DNA from: Chloroflexota bacterium
GTDB taxonomy: Bacteria > Chloroflexota > Limnocylindria > QHBO01
Length of the DNA: 64,000 nt
Assembly (NCBI GenBank): GCA_013816405.1
Contig: JACDEL010000001.1
Coordinates: 30,925-94,924 of the forward strand
Direction: 5' to 3'
Of this stretch, positions 9,585 through 18,336 are shown one piece after another. Position numbers and translations under genes: made by a program. Numbering within the stretch: the first letter of the stretch is position 1; each line of letters starts with the position of its first letter. Below the pieces are notes generated by a model. It ran no database searches and was not told the origin of the DNA. It saw only the letters and a list, made by a program, of their open reading frames with translations.

Positions 9585-10313
9585 CTACACCAGTCGCGAG
9601 TAGAAGGTCGGGCGGGCAGCTGGGACCGTGGGGCGGACGCGGGTGTAGCCCTCGTACACGACCCCGTCGCGGTCGAGCGCGGCGCGGAGTTCGGCAATCT
9701 CCTCGGCGACATCGGTCTGGCTGACGTGGCAGGCCAGGGCGGCGAGCTTGCGCCCGGCCACCTCGGTGATCTCGATCCGGTGGCTGGCTGCCCCCTCCTC
9801 CGGGGAGAGGTCGTAGCTGCGGTGGCCTGGCCCGAAGACGGGGGCGACGACGTAGACCGCATGCGGCGCGATCCCGGACTCGGCAAGGCGCTCCACCGCC
9901 CAGCGTGTCGCGGCACCGACAACCACGTGATCCGCGTCATTGGTGACGCCGTGCGCACCGAACGTGATCACGGCGTCGGGGCGGCGATCCGCGAGCCACA
10001 GGGCGATCTCGTCGACGAGGGTCGAGAATGGAACCTCGGAGAGCCGCCCGTCAGGATGGTCGACCACGGTGACCTCGTCCATCCCGATCTTGGCCGCCGC
10101 GCAGCGCATCTCCTCCTCGCGGGTATCGGCCAGGTCGAGGTCGGGCGATCGTTCGGGGTTGCCGGCCTCGCCGCGTGTGAGAAGCAGCAGCCGCACCGTC
10201 CGGCCGGCATCGTGGGCCAGCGCCAGGGCGCCGGCGGCGGTGAAGCTCTCGTCGTCGGGATGCGCGAAGACGGCCGCCAGGCCGCCGATCGGCTCGCGCT
10301 GACGATCGGTCAC
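9585..10313 (-). CDS. PIG-L/LmbE-family N-acetylglucosaminyl deacetylase (MshB/BshB-like)
   Basis: AHPDDE motif. GTG start with a GAGGAGGA RBS. It overlaps the stop of the upstream ORF (GTGA). Confidence 0.8.
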   Translation of the reverse strand: MTDRQREPIGGLAAVFAHPDDESFTAAGALALAHDAGRTVRLLLLTRGEAGNPERSPDLDLADTREEEMRCAAAKIGMDEVTVVDHPDGRLSEVPFSTLVDEIALWLADRRPDAVITFGAHGVTNDADHVVVGAATRWAVERLAESGIAPHAVYVVAPVFGPGHRSYDLSPEEGAASHRIEITEVAGRKLAALACHVSQTDVAEEIAELRAALDRDGVVYEGYTRVRPTVPAARPTFYSRLV

Positions 10314-10645
10314 CGATCCTCCTCGTCTTCGTCGCTCAGGTTTCGCCAGCCGCGCGTCGCGACGGCGACCCGCATGGTACGCAGCACGGCAATCTTGGCG
10401 CTGGCCACGTCGGCGATGAAGCGGGCCGTGCCCGCCTCGTCCAGGTCGGAGCCAGATGGAGCCGAGTCGCGGCCGACGTTGAGCCAGGCAAGGTGGTATC
10501 GGTCCATCCGGCCCCACACGCGTTCGAGCAGCTCGTCGGAGTTGAGCAGCCAGGCGCGGAAGAGATCCCAGTGCGGGGTTGCGACGAGCGCGTCGCCGTC
10601 GGCGATCAGCTGGTCGGTCTGTTCGAGGAACCGACGGCGGGACAT
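10310..10645 (-). CDS. hypothetical protein
   Basis: 112-aa ORF translationally coupled to the deacetylase. Start taken at MSRRRFLEQTD. Confidence 0.45.
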   Translation of the reverse strand: MSRRRFLEQTDQLIADGDALVATPHWDLFRAWLLNSDELLERVWGRMDRYHLAWLNVGRDSAPSGSDLDEAGTARFIADVASAKIAVLRTMRVAVATRGWRNLSDEDEEDR

Positions 10646-10776
10646 TGCCGTGCGCCTGGAGATCGGGCTGGCCACGGTCCGAGGATACGGCAGCAGGAGC
10701 ACCTGCGCCCCGTTTGTACTATTGCCGCCGAGAAGGCGCGCCTCGGACACTCGGCGGTGCACGGCCGCACCGCGGG

Positions 10777-12225
10777 ATGCCCTTGAATCGATCTCCTGGC
10801 ACGACCATCACGCGCATCGGGGGCCGCCTCGTGGCGGTCCTCCTGCCGCTGGCTGCCCTCGCGCTCCTGCGGGCGTTCCCCGCCCTGGACAGACCGACAC
10901 TCCCTTCGGTTGCCCTGGCGGTCGCCGCGAGCGCGGCCCTCCTCGCCGGCGCCGCCCTCCTGGCAGCGGTGGCGGTTGCCCTCGAGAGAGGCCGAATCCG
11001 CGATCTTGCCGATCTCGCGGGCCTGGGGCTCATCGCGACCTCCTTCGCCGTCGTCGCACTCGATGCAGCCGGAACGCTTGGCCTCGCCATCGGGGTGACC
11101 TCCGCTGCGGCGGCATTCAACGTCGGGGCAGCGGTACGGCAGCGGGCCGTGGTCTCCCGACGGGGACGCATCGCCGGCCCGGTCATTGCCTTCGTGTTGG
11201 TAGAGGCTGGGCTGGCGGGCATCCTCACGGCTGGCGGTTGGTCGATCCCCGAACGCACCGCGACCCTCTTCCTCGCCGGCGGAGCGCTGTTGATGACAGC
11301 GGCCGCGATCGGTAGCCTGGACGACCCAACCCGAGCTACCGCGCTCGGCATCGCGGCGTCATCGGCGGGCGCCCTCGCGATCGCACCGCCGTCCGGCTTT
11401 GAGAGCCTGGTGGGTCCAGCCGGCATGGGCCTGGCCGCTCTGGTCCTGGGCTCGCGGATGCTGGCGGATCGCCGGCAAGGTCGGGCGACCGCCGAACCCG
11501 CGGGGACCCTTCCGGAGCTTCCCGCCCGTGCTGATAGTCCGCCCGAATCCAACGAGCCTGTGCGGCTGACGCGTGAGCTGCGCGCCACCCTGGATGACCT
11601 GGTCGCCGCCCGTCACCTGATCGAGCTGCAGCGGATCGAGATCGATCGGGCGACCAGCACCGATGCGCTGACCGGCCTTCCCAGCCGCTGGCCGACCCTT
11701 GACCGATTGCGGACCGAGGCGGCCGAGGCACGCCGTTACGCGCACCCCTTCGCCGCGGTGCTGATCGACGTCGACCAGTTCGCCGCGCTGAACCACGAGC
11801 AGGGCCTGGAGGTCGGCGACGAGATGCTCCGCAGGATTGCGCTTCGGCTGCGGGTGCGGATGCGCGAGGCCGATGCGGTGGGACGCGTCGGCGCCGATGC
11901 CTTCCTGGCGATCCTGCCGCACACCGACGAAGTCGGAGCCGCGACGTTCGCGCGGGCGGTCCTGGATCGCGTGCTCGAGCGCCGGGTCATGACCGTTCGC
12001 GGCGAGCTGACGGTCAGTCTCTCGATCGGGATCGCGCTGATGCGGCCCGGCATGACCCTCACCGGCGACGAGCTCCTGGCCGCGGCCGAGGAGGCATTGG
12101 CGTCCGCGCAGGCGGCCGGTGGCAACCGGATCGCGTTCGATCGGCTGCATGGGCTGGCTCGCATCGACGAGCTCGATGCAGCGCCAGAGACCTCTCTCCG
12201 CGACGTCGCTGAGGGGACCGCATGA
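10777..12225 (+). CDS. membrane-anchored GGDEF-domain protein with degenerate active site (GADAF) and intact I-site (READ)
   Basis: An N-terminal polytopic membrane region, a coiled linker, then a GGDEF-fold region (DALTGLPSR...AAVLIDVDQFAALNHEQG...READAVGRVGADAFLAIL). Confidence 0.8.
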   Translation: MPLNRSPGTTITRIGGRLVAVLLPLAALALLRAFPALDRPTLPSVALAVAASAALLAGAALLAAVAVALERGRIRDLADLAGLGLIATSFAVVALDAAGTLGLAIGVTSAAAAFNVGAAVRQRAVVSRRGRIAGPVIAFVLVEAGLAGILTAGGWSIPERTATLFLAGGALLMTAAAIGSLDDPTRATALGIAASSAGALAIAPPSGFESLVGPAGMGLAALVLGSRMLADRRQGRATAEPAGTLPELPARADSPPESNEPVRLTRELRATLDDLVAARHLIELQRIEIDRATSTDALTGLPSRWPTLDRLRTEAAEARRYAHPFAAVLIDVDQFAALNHEQGLEVGDEMLRRIALRLRVRMREADAVGRVGADAFLAILPHTDEVGAATFARAVLDRVLERRVMTVRGELTVSLSIGIALMRPGMTLTGDELLAAAEEALASAQAAGGNRIAFDRLHGLARIDELDAAPETSLRDVAEGTA

Positions 12226-12449
12226 CCAGGTCGCGCTGGCTGGGGATCGTGCTGATCGTCCTCGGCCTCGTCGTGCTGCTGATCGCCCCCCAGGCACTGT
12301 CCTGCGTCACGGACTTCCACCACACCGCCTGTCAGGCGAGTGGCACCATCGTCCTCAAGGTCATTGGCCTGGGCCTGGTCGCTGCCGCGGCGGCAGTTCT
12401 GGCGAGGCATGGCACGCGCGCTGGCGGATCGGGCGACAGCACAAGATAG
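12222..12449 (+). CDS. small membrane protein, hypothetical
   Basis: ATGA overlap with the GGDEF stop. Two hydrophobic helices. Confidence 0.4.
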   Translation: MTRSRWLGIVLIVLGLVVLLIAPQALSCVTDFHHTACQASGTIVLKVIGLGLVAAAAAVLARHGTRAGGSGDSTR

Positions 12450-12531
12450 CGGGTCGCCAGTTGTCCACACCGCTACAGGTTGTGGATAAGCACCCCCTGA
12501 TCGGCCCCGGCGGTGGTATTCTCGCGGTCCC

Positions 12532-13470
12532 ATGCCGACCACCTCGGACGTCTCCGCCAAGCTGATCTTTCCGACCAAGGAGATCGTCGAGGAGTACTAC
12601 CTCCCGATCATCTACACCGCCTGCCGGACCTGCTACTCCGAGCAGCTCCCCGACCGGATCTGGGACAAGGCGGTCAGCCGCACCGTCGCCGATGAAAAGC
12701 AGCAGGCGCTCGTCCGGAAGGTGATGGAGTCGGGCCACGGCTCGACCATCGAGCACGTCAACTTCACCTTCGCCATCAGCGGCGTGACCCGAACGCTCTC
12801 CCACCAGCTGGTGCGCCATCGGGCCGGGACCGCCTTCGACCAGCAGTCGCAGCGTTACGTCTCGTTCAAGGACCGCGACAACTACACGATCCCCGACTCC
12901 ATCGCCAAGGGCGACCTGCCGGACGACCTCGCCGGCCAGTTCCGGTCGGCGGTCGATTCGAACCTCGAGCTGTACGGGCAGCTGCTCCAGGCGGAGGTGC
13001 CGGCCGAGGATGCGCGCTTCATCTTCCCCAACGCCATGCAGACCAACCTGATCATGACCGTCAACCTTCGACAGCTGATCCACATGAGCGGCCTGCGGCT
13101 GTGCACCATGGCGCAGTGGGAGATCCGCCAGCTCTTCAAGCAGATCCGGCACGAGATCTTCCGCGTGTCGCCGTTCTTCGGCTCGTTCCTGGCACCCAAG
13201 TGCGTTCCCCTCGGGTACTGCGACGAGATGGGCAATCGCGACGAGCATTGCCGCATTCGACCGCATCGCGACACGGTGATGGCCGTGTGGGAGGCCTACC
13301 GCTCCGGCGAATTGGCCGAGACCGATGGACCGGTCGTGCCCGAGACCTCGCCGTTCAGGCCGCGACTCCGGCGCGTGCCGGTCGACGGCGGTGAGGGCGA
13401 AACGATGCCGATCACCGTCGGCGCACCCGACGCATCGGTTGGACAGGCCGGAGGCTCAGACCGGGTCTAG
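12532..13470 (+). CDS. thyX: FAD-dependent thymidylate synthase
   Basis: ThyX motifs (HGSTIEH, RHRAGTAFDQQSQRY). Confidence 0.9.
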   Translation: MPTTSDVSAKLIFPTKEIVEEYYLPIIYTACRTCYSEQLPDRIWDKAVSRTVADEKQQALVRKVMESGHGSTIEHVNFTFAISGVTRTLSHQLVRHRAGTAFDQQSQRYVSFKDRDNYTIPDSIAKGDLPDDLAGQFRSAVDSNLELYGQLLQAEVPAEDARFIFPNAMQTNLIMTVNLRQLIHMSGLRLCTMAQWEIRQLFKQIRHEIFRVSPFFGSFLAPKCVPLGYCDEMGNRDEHCRIRPHRDTVMAVWEAYRSGELAETDGPVVPETSPFRPRLRRVPVDGGEGETMPITVGAPDASVGQAGGSDRV

Positions 13471-13904
13471 TTGTCGGTCGTGATCCCGTCGCCGAGCGCG
13501 AACCGCCGGAGCTCCTCGTCGCATTCGTCACGCAGCCGGTTTGCCTGCGCGATCAGAAACGGCGTCATCTTGGTGGAGTCGACAATCAGCAGCGTGTGAC
13601 CGCGCTCGTTGCGGTCCAGCACGATCCGGTCCTCTCCGTGATAGGCAATCGACCAGTTGGCCTGCAGCTGGACCAGCTCGGCGAGCACAACCTTCTCCGG
13701 GAAGTACCAATCCAGGTAGGCCGCGTTGAGGGACGCCACCACGTCGCGCAACTGGTGGGTCGCGTTCCGCTTGACGCGGGCCAGGAAATGGACGAGCCGC
13801 AGGCCAGCGAACGGGTCGCCGGCCCGCGCGATCTGCGGCGGCGAGAGGTCCACTTCCGGCATGCCTGGCGGCGAGGGATCGAGGAGCGGGTGGTCGGGCG
13901 TCAT
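13467..13904 (-). CDS. hypothetical protein
   Basis: 145-aa ORF convergent with thyX. Composition is protein-like. Confidence 0.5.
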   Translation of the reverse strand: MTPDHPLLDPSPPGMPEVDLSPPQIARAGDPFAGLRLVHFLARVKRNATHQLRDVVASLNAAYLDWYFPEKVVLAELVQLQANWSIAYHGEDRIVLDRNERGHTLLIVDSTKMTPFLIAQANRLRDECDEELRRFALGDGITTDN

Positions 13905-13934
13905 CGGGCCAGTGAGTATGGCGGCTTTCGATTC

Positions 13935-14279
13935 CTAGCCGATGCGGGCACCCAGCGGCGCGGCCGGACTCGGTTCGAGCAGCCGGACCTCGCCTGCCTC
14001 GTCGCCCTCGCCCATTGCACCGAGCAGCAGCACCTGGCTGGCAAATCCCGCGATCCTTCGCGGGGGGAAATTGACGACCGCCACCACTTGCCGGCCGACC
14101 AGGGCGGCGGGATCGGGGTAGGTAACGGTCAGCTGCGCCGCGCTCACCCGATCGCCGAGCTCCGGGCCGAAGTCGATCCGCAGACGGTACGACGGGTTGT
14201 GGGCCTCCGGGAACGGTAGCGCCTCGACGATCCGACCCACCCGCATGTCCACCCTGGTGAAGTGGCTGAATTCGATCAT
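13935..14279 (-). CDS. csaA: tRNA-binding domain protein (CsaA/Trbp111-like)
   Basis: FTRVDMRVGRIVEALPFPEAHNPSYRLRIDFG...VVAVVNFPPRRIAGFASQVLLLGA, a typical EMAP/CsaA fold. Confidence 0.8.
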   Translation of the reverse strand: MIEFSHFTRVDMRVGRIVEALPFPEAHNPSYRLRIDFGPELGDRVSAAQLTVTYPDPAALVGRQVVAVVNFPPRRIAGFASQVLLLGAMGEGDEAGEVRLLEPSPAAPLGARIG

Positions 14280-14327
14280 CGGCGCACCGTAACAGCGCCG
14301 GTGACACCCCGCGTGCGTCTCGCGGCG

Positions 14328-14351
14328 TCCAACTGTTCAGATCACTTGAAC
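14328..14351. promoter_or_regulatory. palindromic motif site A (CCAACTGTTCAGATCACTTGAACA; core GTTCA-N7-TGAAC)
   Basis: Lies in the divergent csaA / hypothetical-14461 intergenic region. It is near-identical to the site at 30766-30794. Confidence 0.45.
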
Positions 14352-14460
14352 ACCTCGCGATGCGCCAAGGCGGGTCCGGGGGCCGTTGTGTGGATGCAAC
14401 AGCCCTCCCTAGTACTGTCGTGTCCTTCCGCCTTGGCCCGTCTGCAGCCAGCATGCGGAC

Positions 14461-15048
14461 ATGACGTTCTGGAACTGGCGACGTGGCGCCGCCGGCGGTA
14501 TCGCCACCGGCGCGGCCGCCGTTGCGATGACCGGCAGGGACCTGGCGCCGATCGAGCTCTACACCGCCGATGCGCGGATCGTGGGCTGGATTGCGGCCAA
14601 TGGCCAGCGCGTCACCGACCTCCTCAACGACCAGGACGAGCTGCGACTCTGGCATCCCAGCCCCGGCCCCATCGTGGCGCCGACGGGTCCCGACAGCGCA
14701 GGCGATCCTGAGCCCGGCGAGGAGACCGGTGAGTGGCAGTCCGTGATGACCACCCAGCTGATCCTGGCCATGCCGCCGGAATGGCGAGCGGCTCGGCAGC
14801 TCCGCCTGCATCGCAAGCTGCGACGGGTGGCCCTCTCCGCCGGACCGTTCAGCGTCACCGGCAACCTCCACCTCTCCCCGACCGCCGAGACTGGCGACCA
14901 GGTTCCCTACGAGGGCCGTCGCTTCCTGCCCCTGACCGATGCCTACATCCTGCACGACGGCGAGCCACCGTTCGAGCACGTCGTCAGCGTGGTGATCGTC
15001 AATACGGCGCACATCAGCCAGCTCGTGCCGCTGGTGACCTTGGCCTAG
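14461..15048 (+). CDS. hypothetical protein
   Basis: 195-aa ORF with no recognised motif. Confidence 0.45.
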   Translation: MTFWNWRRGAAGGIATGAAAVAMTGRDLAPIELYTADARIVGWIAANGQRVTDLLNDQDELRLWHPSPGPIVAPTGPDSAGDPEPGEETGEWQSVMTTQLILAMPPEWRAARQLRLHRKLRRVALSAGPFSVTGNLHLSPTAETGDQVPYEGRRFLPLTDAYILHDGEPPFEHVVSVVIVNTAHISQLVPLVTLA

Positions 15049-15091
15049 CCTCGATCCAGGCGGGCCTCATGCGGCGATAATCGCCGCACCG

Positions 15092-16690
15092 ATGGCCGTC
15101 TTGCGCTCCGCCCTCGACCCTGCCTCTGAAGCCTTCGCCGCCAACGCGGCCGCGTTGCGCGTGCAGATCGACGAGTTGCAGGCCCGAACACGCGCCGTCA
15201 GCGAACGAGGCGCCGCCGGCGACGAGCGCTCGATCGCCCGCCATCGGGAGCGCGGCAAGATGCCCGTCCGCGAGCGGGTCGAGCGGCTCATCGATCCTGG
15301 CAGCGCCTTCCTGGAGCTCTCCGCCCTGGCGGCCGATGGCCTGTACGACGGCGAGGCGCCGGGGGCGGGGATGGTGACCGGCATCGGGGTGGTTGAGGGG
15401 GTCGAGTGCGTGATCGTCGCCAACGACGCGACGGTGAAGGGCGGCACCTACTTCCCGATGACCGTCAAGAAGCACCTCCGCGCCCAGGAGATCGCCCTCG
15501 AGAATCGCCTGCCGTGCCTCTACCTGGTCGATTCCGGCGGGGCCTACCTGCCGATGCAGGACGAGGTCTTCCCCGATCGCGAGCACTTCGGCCGCATCTT
15601 CTACAACCAGGCGCAGCTCTCGGCGCGTGGCGTGCCGCAGATTGCGTTGGTGATGGGCTCTTCCACGGCCGGGGGCGCGTACGTGCCAGCCATGTCGGAT
15701 GAGACGGTGATCGTCAAGGGCACCGGCACCATCTTCCTGGGCGGCCCGCCGCTGGTGAAGGCGGCGACCGGGGAGGAGGTGACGGCGGAAGAGCTGGGCG
15801 GGGCCGAGGTGCACACCGTGACGAGCGGAGTGGCCGACCACTTCGCGCTCGACGACGAGCACGCGCTGGCGATCGGTCGCGAGATCGTCCGCTCGCTGTC
15901 GTGGCGCAAGCCCGCGGCGCCGTGGGAGCGCAGCGAGCCGGCGCCGCCATCGGTCAATCCGGAGGAGCTGTACGGCGTCATCCCGGCCGACCCGAGGTTC
16001 AGCTATGACGTGCGCGAGGTGATCGCCCGCCTCGTCGATGGCAGCGAGTTCCACGAGTTCAAGGAGCGCTATGGCGAGACGCTGGTGTGCGGGTTCGCGC
16101 ACATCGAGGGCTACCCGGTCGGGATCCTGGCCAACAACGGGATCCTGTTCAGCAGCTCGTCGCTCAAGGGCGCCCACTTCGTCGAGCTGGCCAGCCAGCG
16201 ACGCATTCCGCTCGTGTTCCTGCAGAACATCACGGGGTTCATGGTCGGTCGCGAGTACGAGGCCGGGGGCATCGCCAAGGATGGCGCCAAGCTGGTGACG
16301 GCGGTGGCCACCACGGCGGTGCCGAAGTTCACGGTCATCATCGGCGGCTCGTTCGGGGCCGGGAACTACGGCATGGCAGGGCGCGCCTATTCACCACGGC
16401 AGCTGTGGATGTGGCCCAACGCGCGGATCAGCGTCATGGGCGGCGCCCAGGCGGCCCGTGTCCTTTCCACGGTGAGTGGCGAGATGGAGACCGACGAGCA
16501 GCGCGAGGCTTTCGAGACGCCGATCCTGGCCGAGTACGAGCGCCAGGGATCGCCCTATTACTCGACGGCCCGACTGTGGGACGACGGGGTGATCGACCCG
16601 ATGGACACGCGGCGCATCCTGGCGATGGGGATCAGCGCGGCGCTCAACGCGGAGATCGGCGAGACGCACTTCGGCGTCTTTCGGATGTAG
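15092..16690 (+). CDS. acyl-CoA carboxylase carboxyltransferase subunit (3-methylcrotonyl-CoA carboxylase beta type)
   Basis: Carboxyltransferase motifs. MCCC2-like length (532 aa). Leucine-catabolic gene context. Confidence 0.85.
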   Translation: MAVLRSALDPASEAFAANAAALRVQIDELQARTRAVSERGAAGDERSIARHRERGKMPVRERVERLIDPGSAFLELSALAADGLYDGEAPGAGMVTGIGVVEGVECVIVANDATVKGGTYFPMTVKKHLRAQEIALENRLPCLYLVDSGGAYLPMQDEVFPDREHFGRIFYNQAQLSARGVPQIALVMGSSTAGGAYVPAMSDETVIVKGTGTIFLGGPPLVKAATGEEVTAEELGGAEVHTVTSGVADHFALDDEHALAIGREIVRSLSWRKPAAPWERSEPAPPSVNPEELYGVIPADPRFSYDVREVIARLVDGSEFHEFKERYGETLVCGFAHIEGYPVGILANNGILFSSSSLKGAHFVELASQRRIPLVFLQNITGFMVGREYEAGGIAKDGAKLVTAVATTAVPKFTVIIGGSFGAGNYGMAGRAYSPRQLWMWPNARISVMGGAQAARVLSTVSGEMETDEQREAFETPILAEYERQGSPYYSTARLWDDGVIDPMDTRRILAMGISAALNAEIGETHFGVFRM

Positions 16691-16715
16691 CGTCCAGCGG
16701 TGGTAGGCTGCCAAA

Positions 16716-17523
16716 CATGGTCCCTGACGCTCCGGAGCCCGGCTCCCACGACCGCTCGACGCCCAGCGGCGGCCTCGAGGAGAGCTCCCTCGCAATCTTC
16801 GAGGCGATGCTGGCGGCGCGCGACGCCGAGGCCAATGGCGAGGGCGGACGGGCCGCGCTCGACGGGTTCTATCGGACGCTGATGAACGGGACGTTGCTCC
16901 TGCCGGTCCCACCCGAGCACGGTGATGAGGCCAAGTCTGCGCTGGCCGCTGCCGTCAACGACGACGAGGAGGTCGAGGTCAGCGTGCTTCTCGCTGCTGA
17001 CGCCGACGGTCGGGCGACAAGCGTCTGCTTCGCCTCAGTGGCGGCGCTTTCGGCTTGGTCGCCGCGCGGCACCGCCAGCCTGCCCTTGCCGGCGCGGATC
17101 GCCATCGGCAACATGGCCGCCGCCGGCGTGCCGGCGATCATGGATCCGGCGGGGCCGATCCCCTACCGCTTCGAGCCCGAAGAGCTGACTGCGCTCGCGG
17201 GCGGCGTCCTGCCCGGGACCCAGGAACCGCTCGCGCCTCCGACGGCCACCCGCTCGATCCGCCTCAGACTGGCCGGGCCGCACGCCATCGCGCTCGAGCC
17301 AGCACTGCGCGATGCCCTGCGCCCGACCGACGTCGAGGCCGCCTGGCTGGTCGAATCGGAGAGCGACGGGTCGCGGCACCTGATGCTCGGCCTGCTCGGC
17401 GGGGAGGGCGCATCCGCCGTCGTGGATGTGCCGGACGGGACCGACGTCGTCTGGCTCGAGGAACCGCTTCTCGCATCGGTGCGCGCGGTGAGCGATCCGT
17501 TCTACCGCAGGGGCCGCGGGTGA
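16716..17523 (+). CDS. hypothetical protein (SseB-like composition)
   Basis: 269-aa acidic protein encoded between the MCC beta and hydratase genes. Its stop overlaps the next gene's start. Confidence 0.5.
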
Positions 17524-18311
17524 GCGAAGTGCTCCGGGTCGAGCGCGACGACGCCATCGCGCGCGTGACCCTGAACCGTCCCGGGGTGCGCAACGCCTTC
17601 AACGCCGAGCTCATCGCTTCGCTGCTGTCGACCTTCGAGGCCCTGGCCGCGGAGCCGCCCGCCGCATTGCGCGCGGTCGTGCTGGCAGGCGAGGGGAAGG
17701 CGTTCTGCGCCGGCGCCGACATCGAGTGGCAGCGTGCCTCGATCGGCCTCTCGATGGAGGAGAACGAAGCCGATGCAGGTCGTCTGCAGGAGATGCTCGT
17801 CGCCATCGACGAATGCCCGGTCCCGGTGATCGCCGCGGTCCACGGCGCCGCGCTGGGCGGGGGCATGGCCCTCTGCTGCGTCGCGGACATCACCGTGGCG
17901 ACTCCAGATGCGACCTTCGGGTTCACCGAGGTGAAGCTGGGGCTCATGCCCGCGGTCATCAGTCCCTTCGTCTTGCCGCGCATTGGCGAGAGCGCCGCCC
18001 GCGCGCTCTTCGTGACGGGAGAGCGCTTTGGAGCAGAGCGGGCGCTGCGCATCGGTCTGCTGTCGGAGGTGTTGCCCGATCAGGCGGCCCTCGATGCCCG
18101 AGTCGAGGCGCTGCTGGGGGAGATCCTTTCCGCCGGTCCGGAGGCGACCCGCAACGCAAAGGCGGTGATTCGCGACCAGCGTGGCCTCTCGCGAAGCGAC
18201 GCGTTGCGGCTCCCCGTCGAGCGAGCAGCCCGGCAGCGAATCTCCGCAGAGGGTCAGGAGGGGCTGAAGGCCTTCCTCGACAAGCGCCGGCCGACCTGGC
18301 GCGAGGAATAG
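17520..18311 (+). CDS. enoyl-CoA hydratase/isomerase (likely 3-methylglutaconyl-CoA hydratase)
   Basis: Crotonase fold (AFCAGADI, VHGAALGGG). GTG start overlapping the upstream stop. Confidence 0.85.
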   Translation: MSEVLRVERDDAIARVTLNRPGVRNAFNAELIASLLSTFEALAAEPPAALRAVVLAGEGKAFCAGADIEWQRASIGLSMEENEADAGRLQEMLVAIDECPVPVIAAVHGAALGGGMALCCVADITVATPDATFGFTEVKLGLMPAVISPFVLPRIGESAARALFVTGERFGAERALRIGLLSEVLPDQAALDARVEALLGEILSAGPEATRNAKAVIRDQRGLSRSDALRLPVERAARQRISAEGQEGLKAFLDKRRPTWREE

Positions 18312-18336
18312 CTCCACCCCCTGCGACAATCACGAC

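Noticed and set aside
9549-11315. 588-aa + strand ORF spanning the deacetylase and GGDEF loci
   Set aside because: Antisense or out-of-frame GC-rich noise (long Arg/Pro/Gly runs). It overlaps two well-supported genes.
13528-15012. 494-aa - strand ORF across csaA and the neighbouring hypothetical genes
   Set aside because: Arg/Gly/Pro-rich composition. It conflicts with the compact CsaA gene and contains an intergenic palindromic site.
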